64,000 nt of DNA, taken from positions 33,772 through 97,771 of the forward strand of contig JAYUQG010000019.1 of assembly GCA_043756865.1 (NCBI GenBank), read 5' to 3'. Below are positions 37,562 to 47,917 of the stretch, piece after piece. The stretch comes from a bacterium. GTDB lineage: Bacteria; Patescibacteriota; Minisyncoccia; Phycocordibacterales; UBA6899. The position numbers were made by a program, and so were the translations under genes. The notes beneath the pieces are model-generated. The model made no database searches. It saw only the letters and a list, made by a program, of their open reading frames with translations, and was not told where the DNA came from. Numbering within the stretch: the stretch's first letter is position 1; each line of letters starts with the position of its first letter.

Positions 37562-40225
37562 ATGGCTGACAAGAAACCGAAGGCGTCCGAACTCTCTTCA
37601 ATAATTGTGAGAGGAGCGCGTACGCATAATCTCAAGAATATTACGGTAGAAATGCCCCGCAATAAAATGGTGGTTATTACGGGGCTTTCGGGTTCCGGAA
37701 AATCATCGCTTGCATTCGACACCATATTTGCCGAAGGACAACGTCGCTACGTCGAATCACTATCTGCCTATGCTCGTCAATTTCTCCATCAGATGCAAAA
37801 ACCAGATGTGGATGAAATTGTCGGACTTTCTCCTGCTATTTCAATTGACCAGAAATCACATTCCTCAAATCCGCGCTCGACCGTAGCAACTATCACCGAG
37901 ATATATGACTATCTCCGCGTGTTGTATGCACGTATTGGTATTCCGCACTGTCTCACCTGTGGCAAACCCATCAAACGACTTACAAACGAAGAAATCATGA
38001 ACTTTGTTTTTGAGCGCGTTGACGTCATCGGCAAGCATGCTCCCAAGGACACAGTGCTTGGCGTTCAATATTCTGCGCTCAAAGTCGGTATCTATGCTCC
38101 TGTGGTGCGTGGGAGAAAAGGTGAGTACTATCAGCTACTGTACGATTACCTCTCGAAAGGATATTCACGCGCACGCATCGACGGAAAGCACAAGAATTTA
38201 CGCGAACAAATCATTCTGACCAAAACAAAAAAACACGATATTGATATCGTCGTTGATGAGTTTTTTATATCCGAGTTTACAGACAACACAAAGGGCGTAC
38301 GTGAGCGACTGGCAGAAGCCGTTGAGCGAGCGCTCGACGAAACTGACGGACTTGTCCGCATGGTCATAGGCGACGAAGACCGCCTGATGTCTGCAAAGTT
38401 TGCTTGTCCCGATGACGGATTTTCATACCCTGAGGTTGAGCCGCGACTCTTTTCGTTTAATTCACCAGCAGGGGCGTGTCAGGGGTGTAATGGGTTAGGA
38501 ACAAAGCATTTCTTCGGTGACGAGCCATGTGAGGTCTGCCACGGTGCGCGATTGCGCGAGGAAGCCCTACATGTAACTATCGGAGATGCGGATGCTCGTG
38601 CGGAGGCAGAACTCAGCAAGAAAAAAATCGGAGACACCATTCCCCGAGGGAAAAACATTACACAAATTACCGACTTGTCGATTGAAGAGGCAGATGCATT
38701 CTTCAGGTCGCTTTCGCTTACGCCGACGGAAAAAGAAATATCTAATGTCGTGATAAAGGAAATTCAATCACGTCTCACCTTTATGCGCGACGTGGGTATC
38801 GGCTATTTAACGCTTGGGCGACGCGCCAATACACTCTCGGGCGGAGAGGCCCAGCGTATCCGCCTCGCATCGCAACTCGGCTCGCGTCTCGTTGGTGCAT
38901 TGTACGTGCTCGACGAACCAACAATTGGTTTACATCAGCGCGATAACGACCGGTTAATCAAAACACTGCGTGATTTATGCGACATGGGCAACACCATCAT
39001 TACCGTTGAGCATGACGAGGACACTATTTTCGCTTCTGACTACCTAATCGACATAGGACCAGGGGCGGGCGTACACGGTGGCGAAGTAGTTGCCTCCGGC
39101 TACCTCGAGGAATTGCTTCTGAACAAAAAAGAAAAGTCGCTTACACTGGACTACTTGCGTGGTGACAAGCAAGTAGCAATACCTGAAAAACGTCGAGATA
39201 AAGAAAAGGGTACACTCCAAATACGCGGAGGAAGGGCGTTCAATATCACGAACATGAATGTAGATATCCCGCTTGGGAGACTCGTTGCTATCACTGGCGT
39301 GTCTGGGTCTGGGAAATCAACCCTCCTCTATGAACTCATATACAAAAACCTCCAAGCACGTTTCGAGCGCAAATATCGTTCGGCAAAGACCTACAACTGT
39401 GCTTCATTTCTGGGAACGGAGTACCTCCACCGTACTATTCTCATCGACCAATCACCAATTGGACGCACCCCGCGTTCAAATCCCGCTACCTATACTGGAG
39501 CATGGACATTTATTCGCGACATGTTTGCGGAGACGGAGGAGGCGAAGGTGCGCGGATGGAAGCCATCGCGATTCTCTTTTAACGTAAAGGGAGGCCGCTG
39601 TGAAGCCTGCGAGGGAAACGGCATGATTGCAGTGGAAATGCACTTTCTCCCCACGGTATATGTGCTTTGTGATGTATGCCAAGGTAAGCGCTTCCAAAAG
39701 GAGACACTTGAAGTGAAATTTAAAAAGAAAAGCATATACGAAATACTTAAGATGACTATCGAGGAAGCGCGGGATTTCTTCCAAGATATTCCCGCCATTT
39801 CCGACAGATTACGCTCGCTCACCGACGTGGGGCTTGGGTATTTGGAATTAGGCCAGTCTGCTACAACACTTTCCGGTGGAGAGGCTCAACGTGTCAAAAT
39901 CGCATCGGAACTGTACCGTCCGCTTATGCAGCGCACGATGTACTTACTTGATGAGCCAACAATTGGCCTGCACTATGAGGACGTTAAAAAACTCATTGAA
40001 ATTCTCCAGACACTTGTCGACAAGGGAAATTCAGTCCTGTTGATTGAACACAATCTTGACGTTATAAAATCTGCGGACTATGTCATAGATATCGGCCCAG
40101 AGGGTGGAGCTGGCGGTGGACAACTGACGGGTAAGGGCACACCGGAGGAGCTCGCTGGAAATGCGAAGTCCTACACTGGTCAGTACCTCAAGAAGATGCT
40201 ATCGAAAAGAAAAAAGGGATCCTAG
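37562..40225 (+). CDS. uvrA: excinuclease ABC subunit A
   Basis: [10 protein letters not shown], two LSGGEAQR signatures, GVSGSGKST, Zn fingers. Confidence 0.97.
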   Translation: MADKKPKASELSSIIVRGARTHNLKNITVEMPRNKMVVITGLSGSGKSSLAFDTIFAEGQRRYVESLSAYARQFLHQMQKPDVDEIVGLSPAISIDQKSHSSNPRSTVATITEIYDYLRVLYARIGIPHCLTCGKPIKRLTNEEIMNFVFERVDVIGKHAPKDTVLGVQYSALKVGIYAPVVRGRKGEYYQLLYDYLSKGYSRARIDGKHKNLREQIILTKTKKHDIDIVVDEFFISEFTDNTKGVRERLAEAVERALDETDGLVRMVIGDEDRLMSAKFACPDDGFSYPEVEPRLFSFNSPAGACQGCNGLGTKHFFGDEPCEVCHGARLREEALHVTIGDADARAEAELSKKKIGDTIPRGKNITQITDLSIEEADAFFRSLSLTPTEKEISNVVIKEIQSRLTFMRDVGIGYLTLGRRANTLSGGEAQRIRLASQLGSRLVGALYVLDEPTIGLHQRDNDRLIKTLRDLCDMGNTIITVEHDEDTIFASDYLIDIGPGAGVHGGEVVASGYLEELLLNKKEKSLTLDYLRGDKQVAIPEKRRDKEKGTLQIRGGRAFNITNMNVDIPLGRLVAITGVSGSGKSTLLYELIYKNLQARFERKYRSAKTYNCASFLGTEYLHRTILIDQSPIGRTPRSNPATYTGAWTFIRDMFAETEEAKVRGWKPSRFSFNVKGGRCEACEGNGMIAVEMHFLPTVYVLCDVCQGKRFQKETLEVKFKKKSIYEILKMTIEEARDFFQDIPAISDRLRSLTDVGLGYLELGQSATTLSGGEAQRVKIASELYRPLMQRTMYLLDEPTIGLHYEDVKKLIEILQTLVDKGNSVLLIEHNLDVIKSADYVIDIGPEGGAGGGQLTGKGTPEELAGNAKSYTGQYLKKMLSKRKKGS

Positions 40226-40365
40226 TCCTCCCATCGGTTTTTTTGATTTCCTTTAGCTGTACCAAGGTAAAGCCCGACAGAAGCAATGCTTGTCTCAACT
40301 GGAGACGAACACAAGCGGTGACAGCTCGGTTGTACGAGAAATTTCTTCCTTAAAATGACGTGTAA

Positions 40366-40758
40366 CTATTGTGCGGCGTGAGTCAGCAGATAACCCTTGC
40401 TTGCGAGGAGCTGCAGGATATCGTCGAGAATATTTTTTGTGGAGAGCTCTTTTTCTGCAGTGCGGTAAATCGGACGCAAGTGCTCAATGAGTGACGAAAT
40501 GAGTGCTGCAATTTCACCATCCGTCACTGCTTCATTACTCTTCATAAGCGTGAGGTGTTGATCTGAAATGACCGAGAAGAATGTCCAAATTCTGCGCTCG
40601 CACTCTCGCTCTGCCAAGGTACCGTCACGTACAGCACATTTAAAACCAAAAAGCTTGCGTTCTGTTTCCGCAATAAGGGTTTCGGGCTTGTTAAGGTCAA
40701 CGGTAATTTGCCCCTTTTTTGCACCAACGGGTTTTACTCCTTTCGGTATTTCTTTCAC
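40366..40758 (-). CDS. hypothetical protein
   Basis: 130-aa ORF with GTG start preceded by GGA; no motif. Confidence 0.45.
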   Translation of the reverse strand: MKEIPKGVKPVGAKKGQITVDLNKPETLIAETERKLFGFKCAVRDGTLAERECERRIWTFFSVISDQHLTLMKSNEAVTDGEIAALISSLIEHLRPIYRTAEKELSTKNILDDILQLLASKGYLLTHAAQ

Positions 40759-40796
40759 TCCGTAAGTATCTCACATTTATTTTTATGTGAAACGTC

Positions 40797-40978
40797 TACT
40801 GACCCTCCCGAATTAACTTAACAAGAACAAACATGATCACTTTTGTTTCCTGCGCAGTCATGGAGCGCAGAATGCCTTGAGACGTAATAGGATTACGGTG
40901 AAAAGGTATTTTGCGTGAAGGACAAGCAGGAGATAAAAGTGGCGTGTTTTTCGTTAAGGTAATTCGGGAAGGTCAGTA
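40797..40978. mobile_element. MITE-like ~180-bp hairpin element, copy 1
   Basis: 26-nt terminal inverted repeats (24/26 match) starting TACTGACC; TA at both ends; second copy at 46463-46638. Confidence 0.75.
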
Positions 40979-41037
40979 ACTGTACACACGTCCACTGTCC
41001 TCGTCGCGATGAGCGAGATGCGCTAGTATTCTACAAT

Positions 41038-42282
41038 ATGACGCTAACTGAGCTGAAGGCTGCAAAACTCCCAGATTTGCCGGGAATATATACATTTCTG
41101 GATAGTAAGAAGTCGATTCTCTATATCGGAAAAGCGACGTCACTCCAATCGCGAGTTCGGAGTTATTTTGCAAATGACCTGCTGCATACACGAGGAAAGC
41201 ATATCGTCGACATGGTGACGCTCTCTACGTATGTTGAGCACACAATTACTGACTCAGTGCTCGAAGCGCTCGTGCTCGAAGCAAGCCTCATAAAGCGCCA
41301 CCAACCCTACTACAACACAAAAGAGAAAGACGGAAAAAGCTGGAATTACGTTGTTTTTAGTAACGAGCTATTTCCAAGTATCACCACTATTCGTGAACGT
41401 ACCATGCTCACAGGAAAAGATGAGCAAGAACTGGGTTTTAAAAAGATATTCGGGCCATTCCCGAGCGGTGGAAACCTCGAGGAAGCACTACGTATCATTC
41501 GAAAGATATTTCCTTTTCGCGATACATGTACACCAAATGCGGGTAAACCATGCTTCAACCGCCAAATCGGGCTCTGCCCCGGAGTGTGTACTGGCGAAAT
41601 GAGCAAAGCCGAGTACGGCAAACGCGTTCGAGAAATTTCATTATTTCTCGGAGGAAAAAAAACCCGCCTCGAGACGCTGCTCACCAAAGAAATGCACGCA
41701 TGCGCAAAGAAGCTGCAGTTCGAAGAGGCGGGGGAATACAAGCGTATGCTTTTTGCACTCCGCCACATCAAAGATGCGTCGTTGATTAAAGAGGACATAC
41801 GGGAAGAATCGCGACGTAGCTCCCGCACACGCAGCAAGCCGTTTCGCATCGAAGCGTATGACATTGCGCACATTTCAGGCAAATACACCGTAGGAGTAAT
41901 GACCGTAGTTGAAGATGGCGTTCCGAATAAGTCCGAGTACCGTAAATTTAAAATTCGCATAAATCCCGACCGCCCCGATGACACACTCCATCTCGAGGAG
42001 ATACTTTCTCGTCGTCTGCGGCACTCCAATTGGCAATTTCCCGATATTATTGTGGTAGACGGCAGCACTGCCCAGAAACGACGTGCGGAACGCACTTTGG
42101 CGACGCTCAATCTCAGCATTCCCGTACTCGGTGTAGTAAAGGACAACAGACACAAGGCGAAAGCAATTATCGGCAACAAGGAACTCGCCGTCTCCTACAA
42201 ACGGGGCATACTCATAGCGAATCTCGAGTCCCACCGCTTTGCGGTCGAATACCATCGGTTACTCCGTGGACGCTTGGGATAA
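41038..42282 (+). CDS. uvrC: excinuclease ABC subunit C, short form lacking C-terminal HhH
   Basis: GIY-YIG LPGIYTF..ILYIGKA..RVRSYF; Cys cluster; UVR; RNase H-like IEAYDIAH..VVDG. Confidence 0.88.
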   Translation: MTLTELKAAKLPDLPGIYTFLDSKKSILYIGKATSLQSRVRSYFANDLLHTRGKHIVDMVTLSTYVEHTITDSVLEALVLEASLIKRHQPYYNTKEKDGKSWNYVVFSNELFPSITTIRERTMLTGKDEQELGFKKIFGPFPSGGNLEEALRIIRKIFPFRDTCTPNAGKPCFNRQIGLCPGVCTGEMSKAEYGKRVREISLFLGGKKTRLETLLTKEMHACAKKLQFEEAGEYKRMLFALRHIKDASLIKEDIREESRRSSRTRSKPFRIEAYDIAHISGKYTVGVMTVVEDGVPNKSEYRKFKIRINPDRPDDTLHLEEILSRRLRHSNWQFPDIIVVDGSTAQKRRAERTLATLNLSIPVLGVVKDNRHKAKAIIGNKELAVSYKRGILIANLESHRFAVEYHRLLRGRLG

Positions 42283-42316
42283 CCTTTTGGAGAGTTTGTG
42301 CGTTATACTAATCATC

Positions 42317-43282
42317 ATGAACAAGATACGTGTTGGAGTCGTGCGCGGTGGACCATCGAGCGAATATCCGGTTTCCTTAAAAACAGGGGACCACGTGCTT
42401 CGCCAGCTCGACACACTCAAATACGCCCCAATTGATATTTTGCTTTCCACGCACGGCGAGTGGTATATGAACGGCGCGCTTACTGACCTTGCAACTATTT
42501 CTGCTCACGTAGACGTCATTTGGAACGCGCTGCATGGGGAATATGGTGAAGATGGAAAACTTCAGCAGGAGCTCGATTATTTTAATATTCCTTACACGGG
42601 CTCAGGCGCGCTCGCTTCTTCGCTTGGGATGCACAAAGGTCTTGCGAAAGAACGCTTTAAGGAAGCAGGGCTCACCGCACCGGAGGGTGATCTCATTCCC
42701 AAGGAAGAAGTGTCGCGGGAGCGCGCATTCGAGCTCTTTCGTGGTAGACACTTACCGCTCATTGTGAAACCCGTCTCGGGTGGCTCATCGATAGCAACCG
42801 CCTTTGTAAACACATTCGAAGAACTTGACCGAGCAATACACGAAGCCAGCCAATTTGGAGATGTGCTCGTCGAGGAAGTAATCGAAGGGAAGGAGGCAAC
42901 AGTTTGCGTTATAGATGGTTCGGGAAAGGGCGAACATTTTGTACTCTATCCCATCGAGATTGTTCCGCCTTCGGATAAGACGTTTTTTGACTACGATGCA
43001 AAATATTCGGGTGAAAGTGCAGAAATATGTCCAGGAAGATTTCCGCTGTCTGTGCACTCGGAATTACGCGACCTCGCAACCAAAGCCCATATTGCGATTG
43101 GTGCGAAACATTATTCTCGGACAGATTTTATTGTTTCCCCGAAAGGAATTTACATACTTGAAATAAACACACTCCCAGGACTGACCGAAGAATCACTTTT
43201 GCCAAAGGCGTTGAAGAAAGGTGGTGTCGCAATGCCAGATTTTCTCGACCATGTTATCGGACTTGCACTCGCACAGAAATAA
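42317..43282 (+). CDS. ddl: D-alanine--D-alanine ligase
   Basis: GGPSSEYPVS, LHGEYGEDG, VKPVSGGSS, FDYDAKY, LEINTLPG. Confidence 0.93.
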   Translation: MNKIRVGVVRGGPSSEYPVSLKTGDHVLRQLDTLKYAPIDILLSTHGEWYMNGALTDLATISAHVDVIWNALHGEYGEDGKLQQELDYFNIPYTGSGALASSLGMHKGLAKERFKEAGLTAPEGDLIPKEEVSRERAFELFRGRHLPLIVKPVSGGSSIATAFVNTFEELDRAIHEASQFGDVLVEEVIEGKEATVCVIDGSGKGEHFVLYPIEIVPPSDKTFFDYDAKYSGESAEICPGRFPLSVHSELRDLATKAHIAIGAKHYSRTDFIVSPKGIYILEINTLPGLTEESLLPKALKKGGVAMPDFLDHVIGLALAQK

Positions 43283-43415
43283 CGCGAGTCAGCTAGCCAA
43301 GTCAAACCCCGAAAACTCGGGGTTTTATTATTTCCGCATGTGTGGCACAATATGCTGCAAAATAGAGATATACACTATTGTAAAAACGTGATTATCCTGT
43401 ATGCTCTTTATTGTC

Positions 43416-43488
43416 GGGCCGTTAGCTCATCTGGTAGAGCACCGCATTTGCAATGCGGGGGTGGCAGGTTCGAGTCCTGTACGGTCCA
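43416..43488 (+). tRNA. tRNA-Ala(UGC)
   Basis: GGGCCGTTAGCTCATCTGGTAGAGC..CCGCA-TTTGCAA-TGCGG..GGTTCGAGTCC..ACGGTCCA; G3-U70; CCA not encoded. Confidence 0.95.
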
Positions 43489-43655
43489 CAAGCGTCAAAA
43501 AACCTGCCCTTGGGCAGGTTTTTCGCTTGTGGACCGTAGCAAGCTAACTGCTTGGCTTGCGTAAGGACTCGAAAGGCTTTGCGATGTTTATGAAGCATTC
43601 TGATGCTGAATAAACCGCAAAGGCATACAGTCCTCGTAGAGGAAGAGTCATGTGT
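43489..43655 (+). repeat. structured tRNA trailer containing an antisense copy of the tRNA 3' end
   Basis: CGCTTGTGGACCGTA and AGGACTCGAA are complementary to the tRNA acceptor and T arms, separated by hairpin GCAAGC..GCTTGC. Confidence 0.65.
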
Positions 43656-43745
43656 AATTGCTTGTCGAGATTTCTTTGCAGCAAAAGCGTAGTAGATTTT
43701 TGTTGAGGCGCAAATATAAAACGCCCACCAGCGTCTTATTATTTG

Positions 43746-43818
43746 TGGACCATAGCGGACTCGAACCGCTCACCTCATCCATGCCATGGATGCGCTCTAC
43801 CAGATGAGCTAATGGCCC
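43746..43818 (-). tRNA. tRNA-Ala(GGC)
   Basis: Reverse strand GGGCCATTAGCTCATCTGGTAGAGCG-CATCC-ATGGCAT-GGATG..GGTTCGAGTCC..ATGGTCCA; CCA not encoded. Confidence 0.95.
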
Positions 43819-43900
43819 AGAATACGATTATACATATTTTGACCGCATTGTGTAGGATACAGCAGACTCCAAAGCCTCAAAATGCTACAATATACCTGCA

Positions 43901-44377
43901 GTGCTTACATATTCACCGATTCTCAATCGTCTCTACAGACTACTTCTGGCAGCCGAGTCTCTCGTTGGCAAGCAAATTCACGGCGCACAGGCTATCGTCT
44001 GCAGGGGAGACGAGGTGCTACTTATCAAAACTACCTACCGACCATTCTGGGAATTTCCCGGAGGTAAGATTGAGCCACTTGAAGCACCCGAATCTGCAGC
44101 TATTCGAGAGACGAAAGAAGAGACAAGGGTATTTATAAAAAGTATCGAGCGAAAGCTTGGTACGTATACAAGAAAGCATATCTTCAACTCCATTACCATC
44201 CACGTATATGTGGCGGCTGAATGGGAGGAGCTTGATTTGTGGCGGCCCAACCTTGAAATAGCAGAAAAGAAATTCTTCCCCTTAAGCGACCTCCCGCCCG
44301 ACACCTCACCTGCGACGCTGCGTCGCATTGCGGAGATGGGCACTCTGGGGCACCGTGAATTTTCTTTAGAATGGTGA
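43901..44377 (+). CDS. NUDIX hydrolase
   Basis: Nudix box FPGGKIEPLEAPESAAIRETKEET. Confidence 0.88.
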   Translation: MLTYSPILNRLYRLLLAAESLVGKQIHGAQAIVCRGDEVLLIKTTYRPFWEFPGGKIEPLEAPESAAIRETKEETRVFIKSIERKLGTYTRKHIFNSITIHVYVAAEWEELDLWRPNLEIAEKKFFPLSDLPPDTSPATLRRIAEMGTLGHREFSLEW

Positions 44378-44459
44378 TATACTCTCCACGAGCAAGCTCG
44401 TGTTCATGCGATGCTTTGTGTGAACTCTTCATTTTTGCCACGTACCATAAAACTACAAC

Positions 44460-44969
44460 ATGCAAAATATAAAACTCTTGATATTCTTAGGTACAATAGT
44501 ACTTATTGTTGGCACAATTTTTGGATTTTTTATACAACAAAGTATTGATAATAGGGCGCATCTGGCAGAAGATGGTGCGAAACGCGAAAAGAGTGCGATG
44601 GTCATGCCATATGATCTTGATGAAACGAAACATGTATTTCACGAACTTCCGAGTGGTGGAATGTTCCACCTCTATACAAGTGCAACGAATACGCAGCAAA
44701 TTGCGCTTATTCAAATGCGTCTCAAGGTTGAGTATGAGCGATTTCGCAAAGGAAATTTCTCTGATCAGATAAGACTATATGGTGCAGATATTCCTGGATC
44801 AGAAGGAATGTCAGAAAATTTTTCCCAAATTCAATTTATATATACCGACCTTCCTATTGGTGCGCAAATTCAGTTTATCGCAAGCGATCCGAAGGTGATT
44901 CAGGCAATTCATAGATGGATTCGCATACAACTCGTTGAGCATGGGGCTGACGCAAAGTCGTATATGTAG
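44460..44969 (+). CDS. membrane-anchored hypothetical protein
   Basis: N-terminal TM; VMPYDLDETKHVF..GG and AIHRW..QLVEHGADA motifs. Confidence 0.75.
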   Translation: MQNIKLLIFLGTIVLIVGTIFGFFIQQSIDNRAHLAEDGAKREKSAMVMPYDLDETKHVFHELPSGGMFHLYTSATNTQQIALIQMRLKVEYERFRKGNFSDQIRLYGADIPGSEGMSENFSQIQFIYTDLPIGAQIQFIASDPKVIQAIHRWIRIQLVEHGADAKSYM

Positions 44970-44975
44970 TCTTCG

Positions 44976-46358
44976 ATGAGTAACATGAAACTACAGTATA
45001 CAAGCAAGATTGGTTGGCCGCTACTTATCCTGCTTTCTTTTATTCCACTGATTATCTGGATGTTCACGCCGTATTCGCTCGACCAACGCTTCATACGAGG
45101 TGGGCAATTCAATTATGGGCTCACAATGCAGGCGCTCGGACAAGCATTGGGGCTTGTGGGTATGGCAATGTTCGCACTCAATCTTGTTCTCGGAGCCAGA
45201 CTTGCATGGATCGAAGGCCTTTTTGGGGGAATGAATAAAGTGTATATAGCTCACCACATCTTGGGTGGACTTTCATTCATCCTTCTCCTTCTTCACCCAT
45301 TGTTCCTTGTCGCCCAATATATTACCGCCGGTGCTAAAGGTATGCAAAATGGTTTTATAACTTTTGTAGCGAATCCTCATTGTTATGCGAATTTCGGTGT
45401 AACAAACCCTGAGTGCTCATACTTATGGGGTGTTATTGCCCTTATTCTCATGATCCTTTTCTTAGTGATCACTTTTTTTGGAAAACTTCCGTATCACATT
45501 TGGAAACTCACTCATAAATTTCTTGGCGTCGCGTTTTTCTTTGGCGCTCTTCATGTGCTATTCATCCCAAGTGATGTGACGGCAGTTGCTGTCCTTAAGT
45601 ACTACATGTTTTTTCTTGTTGTGATCGGTTTTACGGGGATCTTTTACCGCACGATCCTCGGTTCAATACTTGTTCCACGTACCGAGTACGTTATCGACGA
45701 AATCAAACAGGTCAACCCGACTATTGTTGAAATTGTCATGCACCCCAAGAATGATAAAAAATGTATTACCTACAAACCGGGGCAGTTTATCTTTATCGGT
45801 TTTCCTGACGTAAGCGGACTCGGTGAGGTGCATCCGTTTTCCCTTTCTTCGCAACCCGAGGGAGTGTGCATCTCTATCGGCGTGAAGGGTCTGGGTGACT
45901 ACACGAAGCGACTGAATGAACTGAGGCCGGGGATGCGTGCCATTATCGAAGGTCCCTTCGGGCGCACATCGTACATTTACTATCCAAAGAAAGACCAAAT
46001 CTGGATTGCAGGTGGAATCGGGATCACTCCCTTTCTTGGCATGGCGCGCAGCCTGAAGCATGATGATGAATACAAAATTGACCTGTATTATTCTGCGATG
46101 TCTCTCGAAGATGCAGCATTTGATGCTGAACTCAACGCCCTTGCAGTAGGTAATCCGAATTTTAGGCTTATCCCTTGGTATGGAAAGGAAAAAGGATTCT
46201 TAAGTGCTGATGCTATCATCGCAGAGAGCCATGGTGTGCTCGGAAAAGAAATTTTCCTTTGTGGACCTCCCGGAATGATGAAGGCACTGAAGACTCAATT
46301 TGCAAAATGGAAAGTACCAGTCGCAAATATCCACTCCGAGGAATTCTCGATGAATTAA
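44976..46358 (+). CDS. ferric reductase-like transmembrane protein with FAD/NAD-binding domain
   Basis: Heme His pairs HHILG..LLHP and THKFLG..ALH; PGQF, HPFSLSS, EGPFG, AGGIGITP, CGP. Confidence 0.92.
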   Translation: MSNMKLQYTSKIGWPLLILLSFIPLIIWMFTPYSLDQRFIRGGQFNYGLTMQALGQALGLVGMAMFALNLVLGARLAWIEGLFGGMNKVYIAHHILGGLSFILLLLHPLFLVAQYITAGAKGMQNGFITFVANPHCYANFGVTNPECSYLWGVIALILMILFLVITFFGKLPYHIWKLTHKFLGVAFFFGALHVLFIPSDVTAVAVLKYYMFFLVVIGFTGIFYRTILGSILVPRTEYVIDEIKQVNPTIVEIVMHPKNDKKCITYKPGQFIFIGFPDVSGLGEVHPFSLSSQPEGVCISIGVKGLGDYTKRLNELRPGMRAIIEGPFGRTSYIYYPKKDQIWIAGGIGITPFLGMARSLKHDDEYKIDLYYSAMSLEDAAFDAELNALAVGNPNFRLIPWYGKEKGFLSADAIIAESHGVLGKEIFLCGPPGMMKALKTQFAKWKVPVANIHSEEFSMN

Positions 46359-46369
46359 TTTTATATCGT

Positions 46370-46459
46370 ATGTGGCTTAAAAAATTCGTAGCAGTTACAC
46401 TCGTCATTTTCGCAATAACACTCACCGTGTTTATTATGATTGGCCTTGTGGGTGTATAG
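46370..46459 (+). pseudogene. 29-aa single-TM ORF, possibly a truncated gene remnant
   Basis: MWLKKFVAVTLVIFAITLTVFIMIGLVGV; stop lies 3 nt before repeat copy 2. Confidence 0.35.
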
Positions 46460-46462
46460 CTC

Positions 46463-46638
46463 TACTGACCTTCTCGAATTAACAAGAACAGACACGATCA
46501 CTTTTGTTTCCTGCGCAGTCATGGAGCGCAAAACACCTTTAGGCGTAATTAATTACAGTGAAAAGGTATTTTGAGTGAAGGACAAGCAGGAGATAAAAGT
46601 GGCGTGTTTTTCGTTAAGGTAATTAGGAGAGGTCAGTA
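46463..46638. mobile_element. MITE-like hairpin element, copy 2
   Basis: Same orientation and near-identical to 40797-40978; TACTGACC...GGTCAGTA ends. Confidence 0.75.
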
Positions 46639-46977
46639 AGTACGCAACGTGTGGTACTTTGCTTTTTCCCACGCAATCATTCCACCAAGGACATTTACCG
46701 CATTGTGGTAGTCATGGTCAGCAAGTGTGTCGCACGCAGTTTCACTGCGGCCACCACTGCGACAAATAAAGTAAATTCTCGATGCACGTTTGAGCTCGGG
46801 GATATGCGCTTCGATTGAGGAAAGTGGTATGTGTGTAAATCCCGCGATATGACCCTCATCCCATTCTTCATGTGTACGCACATCCACAAAGAGCGCACCA
46901 TCTGGATGAGCAAGTGCCAGTTTAACCCCCTCAACCGAGATTGCGTTACGACCAGTGTTCTTTAACTTATCTAACAT
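46633..46977 (-). CDS. rhodanese-like domain protein
   Basis: VDVRTHEEWDEGHI, ICRSGGRS, NVLGGMIAW. Confidence 0.92.
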   Translation of the reverse strand: MLDKLKNTGRNAISVEGVKLALAHPDGALFVDVRTHEEWDEGHIAGFTHIPLSSIEAHIPELKRASRIYFICRSGGRSETACDTLADHDYHNAVNVLGGMIAWEKAKYHTLRTY

Positions 46978-47202
46978 ATATGCTTATTCTAGCAGAATAT
47001 GCACGGACCTTCCTGCAGGTCTGACACCATTGCTCATTAACTACTTCCGAATGAGTTCCTGAGGTGACACCTTCCAAGGCTTAGGAGTCATCCCAAGAAC
47101 TCGCAGATACAGAAAAGTTTAATTGGAGACGGTATGACACAGATTGACGCAGGAGCATGACACCGATACTCTAAATCGAGAACGATTTTGGAGGTGAGAG
47201 TC

Positions 47203-47835
47203 ATGGATGAAAAAGACGGGGAACATTATACTACGGAGCTCTATGTCACCGATTGCGAAGCGGCAATTCGGAGGGTCGATAAAGCCGTATTTGTGAACGC
47301 AGGAAAAGCACCGGCACAAGTGTTCGTCATAGATGAATTCCCAGATGCGGGGATTACCGGTGAACACATAGGGAGAGTGCTCAGTTTTTTTCGTCATTAC
47401 CCCGGTGCGCAGCTCTTTCCAAACGAACATATTGTGCGGCTCGAAAACACACAAGAATGCTACGTCATCTGGAGGCGACAGCTTATACGAAAGATCGAAC
47501 GTATGCTCGCTAACCCCAATCACAGCGGCCTCGGAGACCACGCCCTTCAAGGGCTTTGGTTCATGATGGGCGTCGGACTTGTGCGGAGGCGCGTACTCTA
47601 TCGGAAAGAGTGGTTTCCCGACGCAAAACTACGCGATACGCGCGCACTGCGCAAACATGCACACCTGCTTGGTGACGATATCTTTCTTGCGCTCCGTAAT
47701 TTGGAACTGAAACACGAGGGGAACGATGAGCGCCCCGTTGTACTTGATATTCACCTGACACAGGAACTCGTTACTGCCGCCCAAAATAGCGGAATGACGG
47801 ACGAAACGGCACTCCAATTTGTGAGCACCGACTGA
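47203..47835 (+). CDS. hypothetical protein
   Basis: ATG preceded by strong SD GGAGGTGA; 210 aa; terminator-like hairpin follows. Confidence 0.6.
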   Translation: MDEKDGEHYTTELYVTDCEAAIRRVDKAVFVNAGKAPAQVFVIDEFPDAGITGEHIGRVLSFFRHYPGAQLFPNEHIVRLENTQECYVIWRRQLIRKIERMLANPNHSGLGDHALQGLWFMMGVGLVRRRVLYRKEWFPDAKLRDTRALRKHAHLLGDDIFLALRNLELKHEGNDERPVVLDIHLTQELVTAAQNSGMTDETALQFVSTD

Positions 47836-47917
47836 CCACAACCGCCCACATCCTTCTGTGAGGCGGTTTTTTGACTCAAGAGTCTGCATGATAACCGGTG
47901 CGTGGTACAATGCGCCC

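Noticed and set aside
40256-40335. Nested hairpins between uvrA and ORF 40758-40366, considered as a ribozyme
   Set aside because: No hammerhead (CUGANGA/GAAA) or other recognisable catalytic core; may just be a terminator region.
41346-42179. 277-aa minus-strand ORF
   Set aside because: Antisense shadow of uvrC.
43743-44138. 131-aa ORF MWTIADSNRSPHPCHGCALPDELMA
   Set aside because: Antisense translation of tRNA-Ala(GGC) and overlaps the NUDIX gene.
40797-46638. Repeat pair considered as CRISPR or composite transposon ends
   Set aside because: No repeat-spacer periodicity or cas genes; the enclosed genes are core (uvrC, ddl, tRNAs) and no transposase is present.
47053-47102. Imperfect hairpin GAGTTC...GAACTC upstream of ORF 47203
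   Set aside because: No family match recognisable and no second copy in the window.
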